Under the pieces are notes generated by a model. The model searched no databases, was not told where the DNA came from, and saw only the letters and a list, made by a program, of their open reading frames with translations. The translations under genes were made by a program, and so were the position numbers. A stretch of 64,000 nucleotides of DNA from Candidatus Omnitrophota bacterium (GTDB lineage Bacteria > Omnitrophota > Gorgyraeia > S143-82), in the NCBI GenBank assembly GCA_015494465.1, contig WGBD01000008.1:3485-67484 (forward strand). The letters are read 5' to 3'. Shown one piece after another: positions 41,718-52,118 of this stretch. How positions within the stretch are numbered: position 1 is the first letter of the stretch; each line of letters begins with the position of its first letter.

Positions 41718-44534
41718 CTACCTTCCCAAGATCCGGCGCAGGAACTGGCCGGTGTAGGACCTCGGATTCTTCGCTACCTCCTCGACCGGGCCTTCTGCAA
41801 CTATCCTGCCCCCTTCTTCCCCACCCTCTGGGCCGAGGTCTATTATCCAGTCTGCGGTCTTTATCACATCCAAATTGTGCTCTATCACTACTACGGTATT
41901 GCCCATGTCCACCAATCGGTGCAGGACCTTCAGAAGCTTTTCTTCGTCGGCAAAGTGCAGACCGGTGGTGGGCTCGTCGAGTATGTAAAGGGTATTTCCA
42001 GTATCCTTGCGGGCAAGTTCGCTCGCCAGTTTTACCCTCTGGGCCTCGCCCCCGGACAGGGTGGTCGCAGGTTGACCCAGTTTTATGTACCCCAAACCCA
42101 CATCGTAAAGGGTATCAAGTATTCTCTTTATAGTGGGGATGTTGGAGAACAGCTCCCGGGCGGATTCCACGCTCATCTCCAGGACATCCGCTATGGAATA
42201 GCCCTTGTACTTGACCTGCAGGGTCTGCTGGTTGTAGCGTCTGCCCTTGCACACCTCACAGGGGACATACACATCGGGTAAAAAGTGCATCTCTATCTTT
42301 ATGACTCCCTCTCCCTTACAGGCCTCGCACCTGCCCCCTTTCACATTGAAACTGAACCTTCCGGGTTTGAATCCACGCACCTTGGCAGAGGGCAGTTGAG
42401 CAAACAGCCTGCGGATGTGGGTGAACACATCGGTGTAAGTGGCAGGATTGGAACGCGGGGTCTTGCCTATGGGATCCTGATCCACCATTATAACCTTGTC
42501 TACGGACTGCCAACCGATGATGGACCTGTGGGCTCCGGGCCTCTCCTTGCTCTTGTACAACTTCCGCCTCAAGGCCTTGTAGAGGATGTCGTAGACGAGG
42601 GTGGACTTCCCCGAACCCGACACACCGGTAACGCAGACGAAAACACCCAAGGGGATCTTGACATCTATGTTCTTCAAGTTGTGCTCCCGGGCACCCTTTA
42701 TCCACAACCAACCCTTGGGCTCTCGTTTGGACTTGGAGACCTCTATCTTCAGATCCCCCCGCAGGTACTTTGCGGTTAATGAGCGTTTGTCTCTCAACAG
42801 GTCCTTCACCGGCCCACAGAATACCACCTCTCCGCCGTGCTCCCCTGCACCGGGCCCCATGTCCACCACATAGTCGGCTGACAAGATGGTTTCCGCGTCG
42901 TGTTCCACGACCACCAAGGTGTTGCCGGCCGACTTGAGGGCGAGCAGGGAGTCTATCAGCATCCGGTTGTCCCGGGGGTGCAGTCCGATGCTCGGCTCGT
43001 CGAGCACATACAAGACACCGGTGAGGCCGGATCCTATCTGGGTGGCAAGGCGTATCCTCTGTGCCTCCCCACCTGAGAGTGTCGAACTCAAGCGGTTCAA
43101 TTGCAGGTACCCCACTCCGGTCCTCTCGCAGAACTCCAGTTTCTTTACCGCCTCCCGGAGTATGTGTCTGGCGATCTCCTCCTCTCTCTCGCTGAAGTGC
43201 AGGCCCTTTAGGAACCGGAGGGCAGAGGATATGTCCATCTGGCAGACATCCCATATGTTCTTGCCCCCGACGAACACGCTCAGGGCCTCCTTCCTCAACC
43301 GGGCCCCTCCGCAGGCAGGACAGGGCTTCTCGGACATGTAGCGGGATATCTCTGCCTTTAGTTCCTCGCTGTCGGTCTCCCGGAAGAGGCGCAAGAGGTG
43401 AGGGATAAGCCCCTCAAATGGCTTGCCCCAGACCTCCTCGTCACTGCCGTAGAGGAGTTCCCGCTTCTGCCAGGCGGGGAGTTCCCGAAACGGACGGTGC
43501 ATGTCTATCCCCCGCAGATAGCAGAACTCTCGCAAAAGGGACTTGTAATACATTATGTACCCCCGCCCGCCCTTCCTCCACGGCTCCAGTGCACCCTCCT
43601 CCAGGGACTTATCGGGGTCGGGGATTACCTTGTCCTTGTCCACCTCAAAACTTATCCCCAGGCCATTGCAGACCGGACAGGCCCCGTAAGGGCTGTTAAA
43701 AGAGAAGAGACGCGGTTCTATCTCGGGATAACTTATCCCGCAGTAGGGGCAGGCGAGCTTCTCGCTGAACAGGACCTCCTCCTCTTTCCCTTCCTTATAG
43801 AAGACCACGCTCATCAGGCCGTTCCCCGCCTTCAGGGCGGTCTCTACTGCCTCAGTTATCCTTACCCGGGAACTGGCCTGCACCACCACCCGGTCCACCA
43901 CCAGATCTATGTCGTGGATACGGTACCTGTCCAAGGGCGGGACCTGATCCACCGGATAGACCTGCCCGTCCACCCGCACCCTAGCAAATCCCTGTCTCTG
44001 GATTTCCTTGAACAGGTCCTCGTATCGACCCTTCTTGCCCCTGATTATCGGAGCAAGTATCATCGCCCGGAGTCCCTCGTTATCCGACTTGAGTATTGAA
44101 TTCACGATTTCCTCAGCGCTCTGTCCCCGCATAGGCCGGCCACAGGAGTAGCACCTGACCTCCCCCAACCGGGCAAACAGGAGGCGGAGGTAGTCGTAGA
44201 CCTCGGTCTGGGTGGCGACGATGGAACGGGGGTTGTGGGACAACTTCCTCTGCTCTATCGCTATCGCCGGGGAAAGCCCCTCTATGTAATCCACATCCGG
44301 TTTCTGCAACTGCTGGAGGAACTGCCGGGCGTAGGCAGAGAGGCTTTCCACATACCTTCGCTGTCCCTCGGCATAAAGGGTATCAAAGGCAAGCGAGGAC
44401 TTACCCGACCCGCTTAACCCGGTAATGACCGTAAAGGCCTGAGCGGGTATCTCCAAGGTTATGTTCTTTAGGTTGTGCTCTCTTGCACCTACGACCCTGA
44501 TCTTCCTCATAGCCTCAGAATAAGAGTATACCAC
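41718..44534 (-). CDS. uvrA: Excinuclease ABC subunit A
   Basis: Two ABC ATPase modules with Walker A (GLSGSGKSSL and GVSGSGKSTL), zinc-finger Cys clusters, and 938 aa. Confidence 0.96.
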   Translation of the reverse strand: MVYSYSEAMRKIRVVGAREHNLKNITLEIPAQAFTVITGLSGSGKSSLAFDTLYAEGQRRYVESLSAYARQFLQQLQKPDVDYIEGLSPAIAIEQRKLSHNPRSIVATQTEVYDYLRLLFARLGEVRCYSCGRPMRGQSAEEIVNSILKSDNEGLRAMILAPIIRGKKGRYEDLFKEIQRQGFARVRVDGQVYPVDQVPPLDRYRIHDIDLVVDRVVVQASSRVRITEAVETALKAGNGLMSVVFYKEGKEEEVLFSEKLACPYCGISYPEIEPRLFSFNSPYGACPVCNGLGISFEVDKDKVIPDPDKSLEEGALEPWRKGGRGYIMYYKSLLREFCYLRGIDMHRPFRELPAWQKRELLYGSDEEVWGKPFEGLIPHLLRLFRETDSEELKAEISRYMSEKPCPACGGARLRKEALSVFVGGKNIWDVCQMDISSALRFLKGLHFSEREEEIARHILREAVKKLEFCERTGVGYLQLNRLSSTLSGGEAQRIRLATQIGSGLTGVLYVLDEPSIGLHPRDNRMLIDSLLALKSAGNTLVVVEHDAETILSADYVVDMGPGAGEHGGEVVFCGPVKDLLRDKRSLTAKYLRGDLKIEVSKSKREPKGWLWIKGAREHNLKNIDVKIPLGVFVCVTGVSGSGKSTLVYDILYKALRRKLYKSKERPGAHRSIIGWQSVDKVIMVDQDPIGKTPRSNPATYTDVFTHIRRLFAQLPSAKVRGFKPGRFSFNVKGGRCEACKGEGVIKIEMHFLPDVYVPCEVCKGRRYNQQTLQVKYKGYSIADVLEMSVESARELFSNIPTIKRILDTLYDVGLGYIKLGQPATTLSGGEAQRVKLASELARKDTGNTLYILDEPTTGLHFADEEKLLKVLHRLVDMGNTVVVIEHNLDVIKTADWIIDLGPEGGEEGGRIVAEGPVEEVAKNPRSYTGQFLRRILGR

Positions 44535-47500
44535 CCGCCTTTTCCGGGGGCCTGCTCGGGGGACCTTCGGGAGGTATCAGGGAGGAAAGGAACTCCAATG
44601 ACTCACCCTCCATTATGAGCTGTCCGAGACCGAATCTCAGGAACTGATCCCCCTCCTGGAGGAGGTTGTGCTTCTCCAGTACGACCCCCACGGCAACCAA
44701 CCACTGGCCCAGACTCCACTTTTCATCCTCTGCCACTCGGGACACCGACCTCATCTCTGCAATTGCCTCGTCCACCGCCTGCTCCATCTCTTCGGGATAG
44801 AGGTCTGCCAAGGTAGATCTTATCTCCTCCCACTCGTTTCTCTCAAGCAGATCCCTCCAAGGGAACTCCATCTTAAGCCACCTCTTCAAGGAATCCCTGC
44901 CCTCTACGATGTCGTCCAGCAGGGTCTTTATCTCGTACAGACCCGCAGAGGCCCTATTGCGGAACCGCTCGTAGAGATCCGTCGCCTCCCTCTGTAAGGC
45001 GACTATCCGCTCCCCGACCGGCAGTATACGCTCTACACCAAAGATGTCCTTCAACTTCCCTGCCATGTCCTGCGGATCGTACACAAGCCTCCACTGCCTC
45101 TGTCCGGGCAGTCTTGCCTCCGTCTCCATCCACTTCACCGCCACCCGTCTTACATCCAACCTCTTCTCCCAGAACCTGCGGGCAGACGGGGAAGAAAACC
45201 GCATAAGCCCGTAGACCGCCTTCCCGCTTACCGACACCCCAGCCTGCCCCAGAGAGACCCTTGCCTGAGGTAATATCTCCTTAGGAATGTATGTCTTCTC
45301 GTCGGGAATCACTATCGTGGACACCAAATCGGTCAACTCGTAATCCCCGGGAAGGCCTTCGGCCAACAGGCCCAATAACCCGTCTACATCCCATCCGTAG
45401 GTCTCGTTGTCCTGCCCTGCAGGCAGGACCAATACCACCTCCCTGCCCTCCGCCATCGCCTGCCTGAGAAACTCCAACACCGACCGCATCTTAAAAAACG
45501 GAAGGATTGAGGTGAAGAAACTGCCCGGTCCGATGACTATTGGGCCGCCTCTCTCACCGGCAAGGAGCTCCACATCCTTACCCATAATCAGATTCCTCAC
45601 CCCCTCCTCGCTGGCAAGGGCAAAGAGCTTCTTGGGGTCCTTGCTCTCCACCTCTAGAAAACCTAAAGAAACTATTGGAAGCTGGGAAAACCACTCGGTA
45701 ATACCCGTCTGGGTGATGACCACCTCCCCGCTGATGTAGACCTTCCAAGGGCCGACCACCGCAACCGGCTCGTCCTCCTCCGTTGCCTCTGCGCCCCTCC
45801 TCCTACCGCTACCGTCCCTGGCCAGATAGACCCTTTTGCCCTCCACCTCAACAGCGGGATCAAAACCACCTCCCTCCACGAGACGAATCCCCCCAACGAT
45901 CGGGACATCGCCCTCGAGTGATACCACCAGACCTTCTGCCAGAGCAATCTCGCTTCCCGGGGAGAGATCGTAGACCTCCTGCCTGCCCCCTTTCAGCACC
46001 TTCACCTTCCATCCCTCTCCAGCGCGATAGAGCCCTGCGTAGACGGTCCCCTGCTGGGACTGCAGACGAACGGTCCAGCCCCTCCTGCGGGCGAATAAGG
46101 TATAAGGGCGCTCTTGGGAGAAGGCTATCCTCTTGTTGTCCAGGCCCAAGAGCATAACCGAGGAATCCAGGACCTCCTGGGCATCGGACCTCGCTACACC
46201 AAACTGGAGTCGCATTATCGCATACAACAGGGCGTTCCTGAGGGACATCCGATCCTCCTCCAAGACCTCAGGAAGGTGCGATCTGCGGATCCTGTACATA
46301 AGGTAAAGGAGTCTGGTCAGGTCGTCTTCCTCTTCTTCGGGAAGGGCCTCGTTCTTTTGCCTTAGATAGCGGACTACCGACGAAAGGGTCTTAACGAGGA
46401 CCTCTTCTTTTTTCGTCCGTTTGTCGTCGGTAAAGAGATGATACTTCCAGCCCTTGAGAAAACCGGTCAGGGCGTTTGCAGCATCCCCCAGAGGAATGGG
46501 ATCCCTGCGTCCCTCCTCTTCCATCGCCAACATAAACCTCAGGGAGCTCCCTCCGTCGTCTAAGTTGTGCACCAGATAGATGGCGGAGGGATCTCCAAAG
46601 GCATCCATTACATCCCTCCAGAGGTACCTCACCGATGTACCACCGCCCAGAAAGACCACATCGAACGGTTGCAACGCGAACCCCGTCTCCCGAGTCCAGG
46701 TCAAAAATCCCATCACATCCCGGGTGCGAGCCTCCAAAAATCCTTCCAAGGCGGGCAGGATGCGGGAGATTAACTCCTCCAGATCCGCCTCTGGCCAGGC
46801 GGTCAGGGCGTTCACTACCCCCGCGAGGTTGCCTTCCTCCAGTCTCTTAGTCAAGGCAGAGGCCTCAAACTCCATCCACCGGTTATAACGCCGATTGGCA
46901 TAGGCAAGGACATGTAGAACCTGTCTGCTCGCCTCCATCTCACCCTTTACCCACAGGGTGCCTTCCCGGAACTGGTCCCCCACATTGACCACTTGCCCCA
47001 CCCTGCCAATTACCACCACATCGTTCCCGTCCGGACCAAACCCGTCCCCGAGATAGACGACCTGGCCTGGATCCACCCCGAAGACATCCCTGAGTTTCTC
47101 TATCCCTATCCCCTTGCCCCCGGGCAGGGTGATGTCTATACTGAAAGTACCTGCAAGGGCAACCTTAAGATCCACGCCCAGGTCTCCAAGGGCAGACCCT
47201 ATCTCATCTGCCAATGCCTCCCTTACCTGCCGGGACCTCTCCGGGTCTATCTCCTGCTCGAGGCGCCTCCTCTCCTCCCGGGTAAAACCATAGCCCCAAG
47301 GACAAAACACTATAGACGACTCCCTCACCAGGAGCACATCCCCCCGCACGGGCCTTAGATTATGCCTATCTGCTATCTCCCGCAGGGTCATTATCAGCGA
47401 CTGCAATTTCTCCTGCCCCAACACATTCACTAGTCTGATGCAATAGACCTGTCGCATCTCGCCTGCCTCCACCCGCCAGGCGACTGCACCGCTCTCTCCC

Positions 47501-48561
47501 ATCATCACCAGGTTTTTAAGGAGGTAACTCTTTCCCCTCTCTCGGGCAAGGTTAAGGAGCGGGCGGAAGAACAACTTCTCTATCTTTTCCCTCCCCGCAC
47601 CGGTGAGGACGAAGAACCTGCCTCCGCTATGGAGGAACTCCAATATAGCAAGGCCCACATCCTCCGGCAGAGGGGCATTGGCCAGCAGGGTGTAGTCCAT
47701 GTCCGAGACGACGGTCGCCCTGCCGTGCTTAAATACCTTAAAGAGGTCCTCGGCCCATACCGGCAGGCGTTCCAGTTCGGTAATGACCTCGGGAGGTGTC
47801 TCCCCTCCCGCCTCCTGCACCTCGTATCGGTCTATCTCTATCCCCCCACCCACGACGGAATCGTCCAGAAAGGCACCCACATACTTCCTCGTCACTTTCC
47901 TCAACTCAAAGCGCGGGGATACAAGCGATACCAAAACCTCCTCTTCCCCGTGGGCGAGGAGGTAGCGAGCCAAGACCACCGAAGAGATCGCCAACCGCAG
48001 ATCCCTGTACTGGGCAGAGGTGGCAATAATCCCCTTTAGATTGGCCTTCAATCTATGAATCACCTCCTCGAGGGCAAGACTGCCATCCACCTCCACATCC
48101 AGATCCACGGAGTCCACCCAGAAGGCATCCCCCTCGTGAAGCACCTTGACCCGGATGGGCCTTACCCATACCCTAAACAGCCCGCCCTCAGGGGAGAGGT
48201 CATCGGATACCCCAGTCAAGGCCTCCTGAACCGCCTCCTTTATCAGGAGGTCCGAAGAGACCAACGCCTCGCCCAACGCACTTCCGCGCAGGTAAGCAGG
48301 AAGGAGACCTTCCTCCCTCTCCAAGGGATTCAGGTTCACCCAGACCGGTCTTTCCCCCACCTCCAAGGCAGAGGCAAGGAGGGGGGCAAACCTATAGGCG
48401 TTGTCTTCCCCTTCGGTCAGTAGCGTAAGGCCCTCGTCTGGCCTTTTGGGAATCCGCACCCCTACCCTTTCCCAAGCAAATACCCCAAACGGGAAGACCA
48501 ATAAGAAGGTCAAGAAGAGGACGACCCCAGGGAAGGTAGATCTCCGCAACGGACCCATCAC
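44515..48561 (-). CDS. Large (1348 aa) membrane-anchored multidomain protein containing an HAD-like phosphatase domain and a CofD/YvcK (UPF0052)-like domain
   Basis: The N-terminal anchor is VVLFLTFLLVFPFGVFA. HAD motif I is VVSDMDYTLL, with a later GDGFGPDGNDV. FLGGGTSVRYL and LDDGGSS match the CofD/YvcK family glycine-rich and DDGGSSG motifs. Confidence 0.5.
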   Translation of the reverse strand: MMGPLRRSTFPGVVLFLTFLLVFPFGVFAWERVGVRIPKRPDEGLTLLTEGEDNAYRFAPLLASALEVGERPVWVNLNPLEREEGLLPAYLRGSALGEALVSSDLLIKEAVQEALTGVSDDLSPEGGLFRVWVRPIRVKVLHEGDAFWVDSVDLDVEVDGSLALEEVIHRLKANLKGIIATSAQYRDLRLAISSVVLARYLLAHGEEEVLVSLVSPRFELRKVTRKYVGAFLDDSVVGGGIEIDRYEVQEAGGETPPEVITELERLPVWAEDLFKVFKHGRATVVSDMDYTLLANAPLPEDVGLAILEFLHSGGRFFVLTGAGREKIEKLFFRPLLNLARERGKSYLLKNLVMMGESGAVAWRVEAGEMRQVYCIRLVNVLGQEKLQSLIMTLREIADRHNLRPVRGDVLLVRESSIVFCPWGYGFTREERRRLEQEIDPERSRQVREALADEIGSALGDLGVDLKVALAGTFSIDITLPGGKGIGIEKLRDVFGVDPGQVVYLGDGFGPDGNDVVVIGRVGQVVNVGDQFREGTLWVKGEMEASRQVLHVLAYANRRYNRWMEFEASALTKRLEEGNLAGVVNALTAWPEADLEELISRILPALEGFLEARTRDVMGFLTWTRETGFALQPFDVVFLGGGTSVRYLWRDVMDAFGDPSAIYLVHNLDDGGSSLRFMLAMEEEGRRDPIPLGDAANALTGFLKGWKYHLFTDDKRTKKEEVLVKTLSSVVRYLRQKNEALPEEEEDDLTRLLYLMYRIRRSHLPEVLEEDRMSLRNALLYAIMRLQFGVARSDAQEVLDSSVMLLGLDNKRIAFSQERPYTLFARRRGWTVRLQSQQGTVYAGLYRAGEGWKVKVLKGGRQEVYDLSPGSEIALAEGLVVSLEGDVPIVGGIRLVEGGGFDPAVEVEGKRVYLARDGSGRRRGAEATEEDEPVAVVGPWKVYISGEVVITQTGITEWFSQLPIVSLGFLEVESKDPKKLFALASEEGVRNLIMGKDVELLAGERGGPIVIGPGSFFTSILPFFKMRSVLEFLRQAMAEGREVVLVLPAGQDNETYGWDVDGLLGLLAEGLPGDYELTDLVSTIVIPDEKTYIPKEILPQARVSLGQAGVSVSGKAVYGLMRFSSPSARRFWEKRLDVRRVAVKWMETEARLPGQRQWRLVYDPQDMAGKLKDIFGVERILPVGERIVALQREATDLYERFRNRASAGLYEIKTLLDDIVEGRDSLKRWLKMEFPWRDLLERNEWEEIRSTLADLYPEEMEQAVDEAIAEMRSVSRVAEDEKWSLGQWLVAVGVVLEKHNLLQEGDQFLRFGLGQLIMEGESLEFLSSLIPPEGPPSRPPEKAGGILLF

Positions 48562-49043
48562 CCTTTCTTTTGGCAGAGTTTGGCCTTCATTGCCTCCTCT
48601 ACGAAGTCGGGCACGAAGCGCTTTACATCCCCTCCCAAGGCAGCAATCTCCTTGATAATGCGCGAGGAGATGTAGAAGTAATCCTCGGAGGGCATGAGGA
48701 AGAGGGTCTCTATGTCCTCGGCAAACCCTCGGTTGGTTATCGCCATCTGGAACTCGTAATCGAAATCGGAGACCATCCTTAATCCCCGCAGGAGCACCTT
48801 TATCCCCATCTTCCGGGCGAAGTCCACGACCAGTCCCTCAAACCAGACCACCTCAACCCGCTCCATCCCCTCAAGGGCCCGACGGGCCAGTTCAACCCGC
48901 TCCTCTATGGAGAATAGCGGGGACTTGCCTACATTCACCGCCACGGCCACCACGACCTTATCGAATATCTTCACCGCCCGGCGGATGAGGTCTATGTGTC
49001 CGTAGGTGATGGGGTCAAAGCTGCCGGCGTAAAGTGCGATCAT
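48558..49043 (-). CDS. coaD: Phosphopantetheine adenylyltransferase
   Basis: ALYAGSFDPITYGHIDLI (the H/T-x-G-H nucleotidyltransferase motif) and ISSRIIKE; 161 aa. Confidence 0.93.
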   Translation of the reverse strand: MIALYAGSFDPITYGHIDLIRRAVKIFDKVVVAVAVNVGKSPLFSIEERVELARRALEGMERVEVVWFEGLVVDFARKMGIKVLLRGLRMVSDFDYEFQMAITNRGFAEDIETLFLMPSEDYFYISSRIIKEIAALGGDVKRFVPDFVEEAMKAKLCQKKG

Positions 49044-49285
49044 TCCTCCAGCGCCTCCACCTCTGCCAATACCATATCCTCACCCACCAGATCGCCTTTC
49101 TTCTTCAATATCCTCAGCAGGCGCAACCTGAACGGGGCAGGTATCACGAAGGTCGCCTTGTCGGTGATGATTTCAACCACATCCGCATCTTTTTCCACGA
49201 TCTCCCCCTCCTTCACGAACCACTCCAAGACCTTCGCGGAGGAGAAGTCGTCTCCCAGATTGGGCACCTTGAGGTACTCCGCCAT
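49040..49285 (-). CDS. Stand-alone biotin/lipoyl-attachment-domain protein (81 aa)
   Basis: EGEIVEKDADVVEIITDKATFVIPAP matches the lipoyl/biotinyl domain (E-x-D-K-A). The gene is coupled to coaD (ATGA). Confidence 0.55.
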   Translation of the reverse strand: MAEYLKVPNLGDDFSSAKVLEWFVKEGEIVEKDADVVEIITDKATFVIPAPFRLRLLRILKKKGDLVGEDMVLAEVEALEE

Positions 49286-49298
49286 AATTCACCCCGCA

Positions 49299-50291
49299 TC
49301 AAATATTATACATGTCCACCTTATAGGCGCGAAGGTTTCCCCGGAACCAATCTATCGTCCGCCTAAGCCCTTCTTCTATGTCAACCTGAGGGGACCATCC
49401 GGTGCGGAATCTTAGTTTCTCTGCCGAGCAGAGAAGGAGTCTTACCTCGCTCTTTGCAGGACGGATGCGCGAGGGATCTACCTCTACCCGCAACTCCTTC
49501 CCCACTATCCGTCCCACCACATCCACTATCTCGGCAATGGTGTAACTCTTGCCCGAACCGACGTTGACCTCCTCCCCAACGAAAGCGTCCTCCAGTCCTG
49601 CCATCACCATCCCCCTGACCGTATCCTCAACATAATTGAAGTCGCGGGCGGTAGAGGTATCGCCGAGCAATAACCTGTCAGATGTAAGGGCCTGAATGAT
49701 AATCGTCGGGATCACCGCCCGGGCCGACTGACGGGGGCCGTAGGTGTTGAACGGACGCACGACCACCACCGGAAGATCAAAGGACATGTAAAACGAAAGG
49801 GCGAGTTTATCCGCACCCAGTTTGGTAGCAGCGTAAGGTGATTGGGGATTGAGGGGATGGTCTTCGGTGATAGGAACTTTTTGGGCGGTGCCGTAGACCT
49901 CGCTGGTGGAGGTGTGGACGAAGCGCTTTACCCCCGCCCGCCTCGCAGACAGGAGGAGGTTGAGCGTGCCTTCCACATTGGTGCGCACATAGGAATGCGG
50001 TGCGATGTAGGAATAAGGGATGGGGATAAGGGCTGCGAGGTGAAAGACGACCTCCACCCCGTCGCATATCCGTCGGCAGACCTCCGGATCCCGTATGTCA
50101 CCGGTAACTACCTCCAGACGATCCCGATCCCAATCCCGATAAAATTCCTCCAGGTGCCCCCAGTAGTTGAACGAATTGTAATAGGACAGGGCCCTTACCG
50201 AATAGCCCTGATTCAAAAGGTACTCCACCAGATGGGAACCTATAAACCCGTCCGCCCCGGTTACCAGTATCCTGCCTTTTACCTGCATCAC
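49299..50291 (-). CDS. NAD-dependent epimerase/dehydratase family protein (SDR; GalE/RmlB-like)
   Basis: N-terminal ILVTGADGFIGSHLV (the GxxGxxG Rossmann motif), a catalytic YxxxK (SPYAATK), and 330 aa. Confidence 0.85.
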   Translation of the reverse strand: MMQVKGRILVTGADGFIGSHLVEYLLNQGYSVRALSYYNSFNYWGHLEEFYRDWDRDRLEVVTGDIRDPEVCRRICDGVEVVFHLAALIPIPYSYIAPHSYVRTNVEGTLNLLLSARRAGVKRFVHTSTSEVYGTAQKVPITEDHPLNPQSPYAATKLGADKLALSFYMSFDLPVVVVRPFNTYGPRQSARAVIPTIIIQALTSDRLLLGDTSTARDFNYVEDTVRGMVMAGLEDAFVGEEVNVGSGKSYTIAEIVDVVGRIVGKELRVEVDPSRIRPAKSEVRLLLCSAEKLRFRTGWSPQVDIEEGLRRTIDWFRGNLRAYKVDMYNI

Positions 50292-50899
50292 CTTCTCCTG
50301 TATATCTCCTCCAAGACCTGCTCCACCGAATCAAACCTCTTCCCAAGGCCCTTGACCTTCTCTATCATCGCCTTGGCCTCGGACTTGCGGTACTGCAGTT
50401 GGAGAAGGACTTCCAGGGCCTCTTCAAAGACATCCGGAGCTTCTTCGGTCTGCGCTCCTTCCCTACCCTCGTCCTTTATCAGGACGAACTTGGCTATCTT
50501 GTCCTGAAGCCTGGCGATTATCTGCCGGGCCCTCTGCCGGCCAATCCCGGGCATTGAGCACAACAGGTTCTGGTCGCCCTCGCTTATAGCCTTGGCTATC
50601 ACACTAACCGGCAGGGTAAACGACTTTATCGCAGCCTTCGGCCCAATACCGGATACGGTGATGAACAACTCAAAAAACTCCCGCTCTACGGGTGAAGAGA
50701 ATCCAACCAGCGTCAGGAATCCACGGGAAGGTTCGTTCTGGAAGTACATGTAGGTGTGGAGTTCCACTTCCTCGTTTGGGGAAAGCTCCTTTAAGAAGAC
50801 CGGTGCAACCAGCACCCGATAACAGAGTCCACAATCGGTCAGGATCTCAACCGATTCCCTGTCCCTACTTACTATCTTCCCTCTGACCCTGCTTATCAT
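50288..50899 (-). CDS. ruvA: Holliday junction branch-migration complex subunit RuvA
   Basis: The N-terminal OB domain (ISRVRGKIV), helix-hairpin-helix pairs (ITVSGIGPKAAIKSF, SMPGIGRQRARQII), and a C-terminal domain III. Confidence 0.85.
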   Translation of the reverse strand: MISRVRGKIVSRDRESVEILTDCGLCYRVLVAPVFLKELSPNEEVELHTYMYFQNEPSRGFLTLVGFSSPVEREFFELFITVSGIGPKAAIKSFTLPVSVIAKAISEGDQNLLCSMPGIGRQRARQIIARLQDKIAKFVLIKDEGREGAQTEEAPDVFEEALEVLLQLQYRKSEAKAMIEKVKGLGKRFDSVEQVLEEIYRRR

Positions 50900-51608
50900 C
50901 CAATATCCCCGATTCGTAAAAGAACCTACCCACTACTACTCCAAATAGATTCTGCCTAACCTGCGAGAGGGCCTTCAACCTCTCCACATCCTCCCAGCTC
51001 TTCACCCCACCCGAGGCGATTACATTCCCACGAAAGGCAGAGGAAACCTCATCGTAGAGGTTGGCATTTACGCCCTGCATGCTCCCGTCCCGGGATATGT
51101 CCGTGCACAGGAGCCACCTCAGACCCAGTTGATTAAACCTCGCCAACGCGCCGTTCACATCGTCTCCGGATGGGACCTCCCAGCCCTTCACCATTACCCT
51201 CCCCTCGCGTATGTCCATCCCCACGACGATCCTATCCCTGCCGAACCTCTCCAAGGCCAAAGGCAAGAATTCCTCATCTACGAAGGCCTTAGTCCCCACT
51301 ATCACCCGCTTTGCCCCAGCGGACAATAGCGCCTCTACCTCGTCCAACTCCCTCACCCCTCCTCCCACCTGCACCTCGAGCCCAAGCGAGGAAATGCCCT
51401 TCACCAGATCCAGGACATTGGCGATACCTCCACTGCGGGCACCCGAGAGATTGATCAGGTGTATCAGGTCATATCCAGCCTCCTTGAACCTGCGGGCCAC
51501 ATCGACGGGATCGTCAAAATAACGGGTCACCTCGTCGTAACGGCCCTGAAGGAGCCTGACTACCTGCCCGTCTAAGACATCTATTGCGGGTATAACCCTG
51601 AAAGACAT
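50865..51608 (-). CDS. hisA: 1-(5-phosphoribosyl)-5-[(5-phosphoribosylamino)methylideneamino]imidazole-4-carboxamide isomerase
   Basis: VIPAIDVLDGQVVRLLQGRY and GGGVR...SGG motifs of the HisA TIM barrel. Confidence 0.85.
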   Translation of the reverse strand: MSFRVIPAIDVLDGQVVRLLQGRYDEVTRYFDDPVDVARRFKEAGYDLIHLINLSGARSGGIANVLDLVKGISSLGLEVQVGGGVRELDEVEALLSAGAKRVIVGTKAFVDEEFLPLALERFGRDRIVVGMDIREGRVMVKGWEVPSGDDVNGALARFNQLGLRWLLCTDISRDGSMQGVNANLYDEVSSAFRGNVIASGGVKSWEDVERLKALSQVRQNLFGVVVGRFFYESGILDDKQGQREDSK

Positions 51609-51611
51609 ACC

Positions 51612-52097
51612 TCAATAACTTATCTTCATACGCTTGTCCTCTTCCGGGGTCGTGAGGACTATCCCGTCTTCCTTGTACTTCTTCAGCATGAAGTGGGTGC
51701 GGGTCCCCTGCACCGATTCCATCGGGGAAAGTTTCTCCGCCACGAAGTTGGCAACGGTGTGGATGTCCTGACCTTCCACTATCAGGAGCAGGTCGTAGTC
51801 CCCGGAGACGAGGTAGCAACTCTTTACCTCGTCAAAGGCGTATATCCGGCGGGCCACCCGGTCAAATCCCACATCCTTTTCCGGAGTGACCTTTACCTCT
51901 ATCAGGGCAATCACCTTATCCCGTATGAGGCCGAGGGCCTCCTTGTTTATCACCGCCTTGTATCCCAGGATGATACCCTTCTCCTCGTATTCTACGATCT
52001 TTCTACGCACCTCTTCAGGGTCCCTATTAAGCATCCGGGCGATCTCCTCAGGGGTGGTACGGGCGTCCTTTTCCAGTATCTCCAGTATCTCGTCCAT
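51612..52097 (-). CDS. Lrp/AsnC family transcriptional regulator
   Basis: An HTH N-terminal domain (LDEILEILEKDARTTPEEIARML) plus a RAM/ASNC C-terminal domain; 161 aa. Confidence 0.85.
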   Translation of the reverse strand: MDEILEILEKDARTTPEEIARMLNRDPEEVRRKIVEYEEKGIILGYKAVINKEALGLIRDKVIALIEVKVTPEKDVGFDRVARRIYAFDEVKSCYLVSGDYDLLLIVEGQDIHTVANFVAEKLSPMESVQGTRTHFMLKKYKEDGIVLTTPEEDKRMKISY

Positions 52098-52118
52098 AAT
52101 CCGCCTCCGATCCGGTTT

